Shown here one piece after another: positions 63,549 to 64,000 of a DNA stretch of 64,000 nucleotides (the first letter of the stretch is position 1; every line of letters starts with the position of its first letter). Under the pieces are notes generated by a model. That model worked only from the letters and a program-made list of their open reading frames with translations. It was not told where the DNA came from and did no database searches. This stretch comes from an uncultured virus (IMG/VR IMGVR_UViG_3300021400_000789). Its lineage: Duplodnaviria > Heunggongvirae > Uroviricota > Caudoviricetes. The position numbers and the translations under genes were made by a program. The stretch lies in IMG/VR virus record IMGVR_UViG_3300021400_000789. One strand, given 5' to 3'.

Positions 63549-64000
63549 GAAACTGTCCGCACCGTTATCCACCCTCCAGTGGGTGGACAGGGATGCATTG
63601 AAACCGAATGATTACAACCCGAACAAAGTATCCGAAGAGAACCTGAAACTGCTGACACAGTCCATCCTCACCAACGGCTGGACGCTCCCGATCGTGTGCA
63701 GGGAAGACCTTACCATCATCGACGGGTTCCACAGATGGACAGTGGCGGGAAGGGAACCGCTTAGGTCCAAGCTCGACAACAAGGTGCCAATCGTCATCGT
63801 CATCCATAAGGAACACGCCGAGGACATTTACGGAACGGTCACGCACAACCGGGCAAGAGGAACGCACCTTCTGGAACCAATGAAGGCGATCGTCAAGGAG
63901 CTGATCGGTGAGGGCAAGTCCGTCGAAGAGATCGGCAGGGAGCTCGGCATGCGTCCGGAAGAAGTGTTCCGGCTGTCGGACTTCAGCCGTGAGGACTTCC
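63541..64000 (+). CDS. ParB/Srx-like protein (IbrB-like), partial
   Basis: Manual translation MDKKLSAPL..PNDYNPN..GWTLPIV..IIDGFHRW..THNRARG; runs off the window end. Confidence 0.85.
   Translation, partial: MDKKLSAPLSTLQWVDRDALKPNDYNPNKVSEENLKLLTQSILTNGWTLPIVCREDLTIIDGFHRWTVAGREPLRSKLDNKVPIVIVIHKEHAEDIYGTVTHNRARGTHLLEPMKAIVKELIGEGKSVEEIGRELGMRPEEVFRLSDFSREDF

Overview
The whole window is one temperate tailed-phage genome segment. Gene content and RBS style suggest a Clostridia/Lachnospiraceae-like host (inference). Phage genes continue on both sides of the integrase and the att region has arm-type repeats on both sides, so this looks like the non-integrated form. Gene order: start-less tail/receptor-binding cassettes in alternating orientation plus a tyrosine recombinase (shufflon-like, 1-5064); two holins and a modular endolysin (5.2-8.4 kb); a leftward accessory operon with SNF2 helicase, PAPS-reductase-like/ParB pair, amidoligase and GGCT (8.6-18.1 kb); small rightward early genes preceded by a recurrent GC-rich repeat (18.3-21.8 kb); attP, integrase and cI/cro switch (21.8-26.4 kb); replication/recombination genes (SbcD-SbcC fusion, replisome organizer, PcfK/PcfJ, RecU, sliding clamp; 27-40 kb); many small accessory genes; an ncRNA cluster (44.7-45.5 kb); and the start of the late operon (Na+/solute symporter, ParB, PAPS-reductase-like, ParB). 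The most interesting observations are: (1) four tandem tRNA-shaped RNAs with recognisable acceptor/D/T arms but aberrant anticodon arms, one displaying an anti-Shine-Dalgarno/CAU loop; (2) a nested multi-site tail-protein shufflon; (3) a symporter-ParB-PAPS reductase-ParB late module, with a second PAPS/ParB pair elsewhere in the same phage; (4) an RBS-bearing repeat that punctuates early genes like cassettes. All family assignments come from motif recognition by eye; no database search was run.
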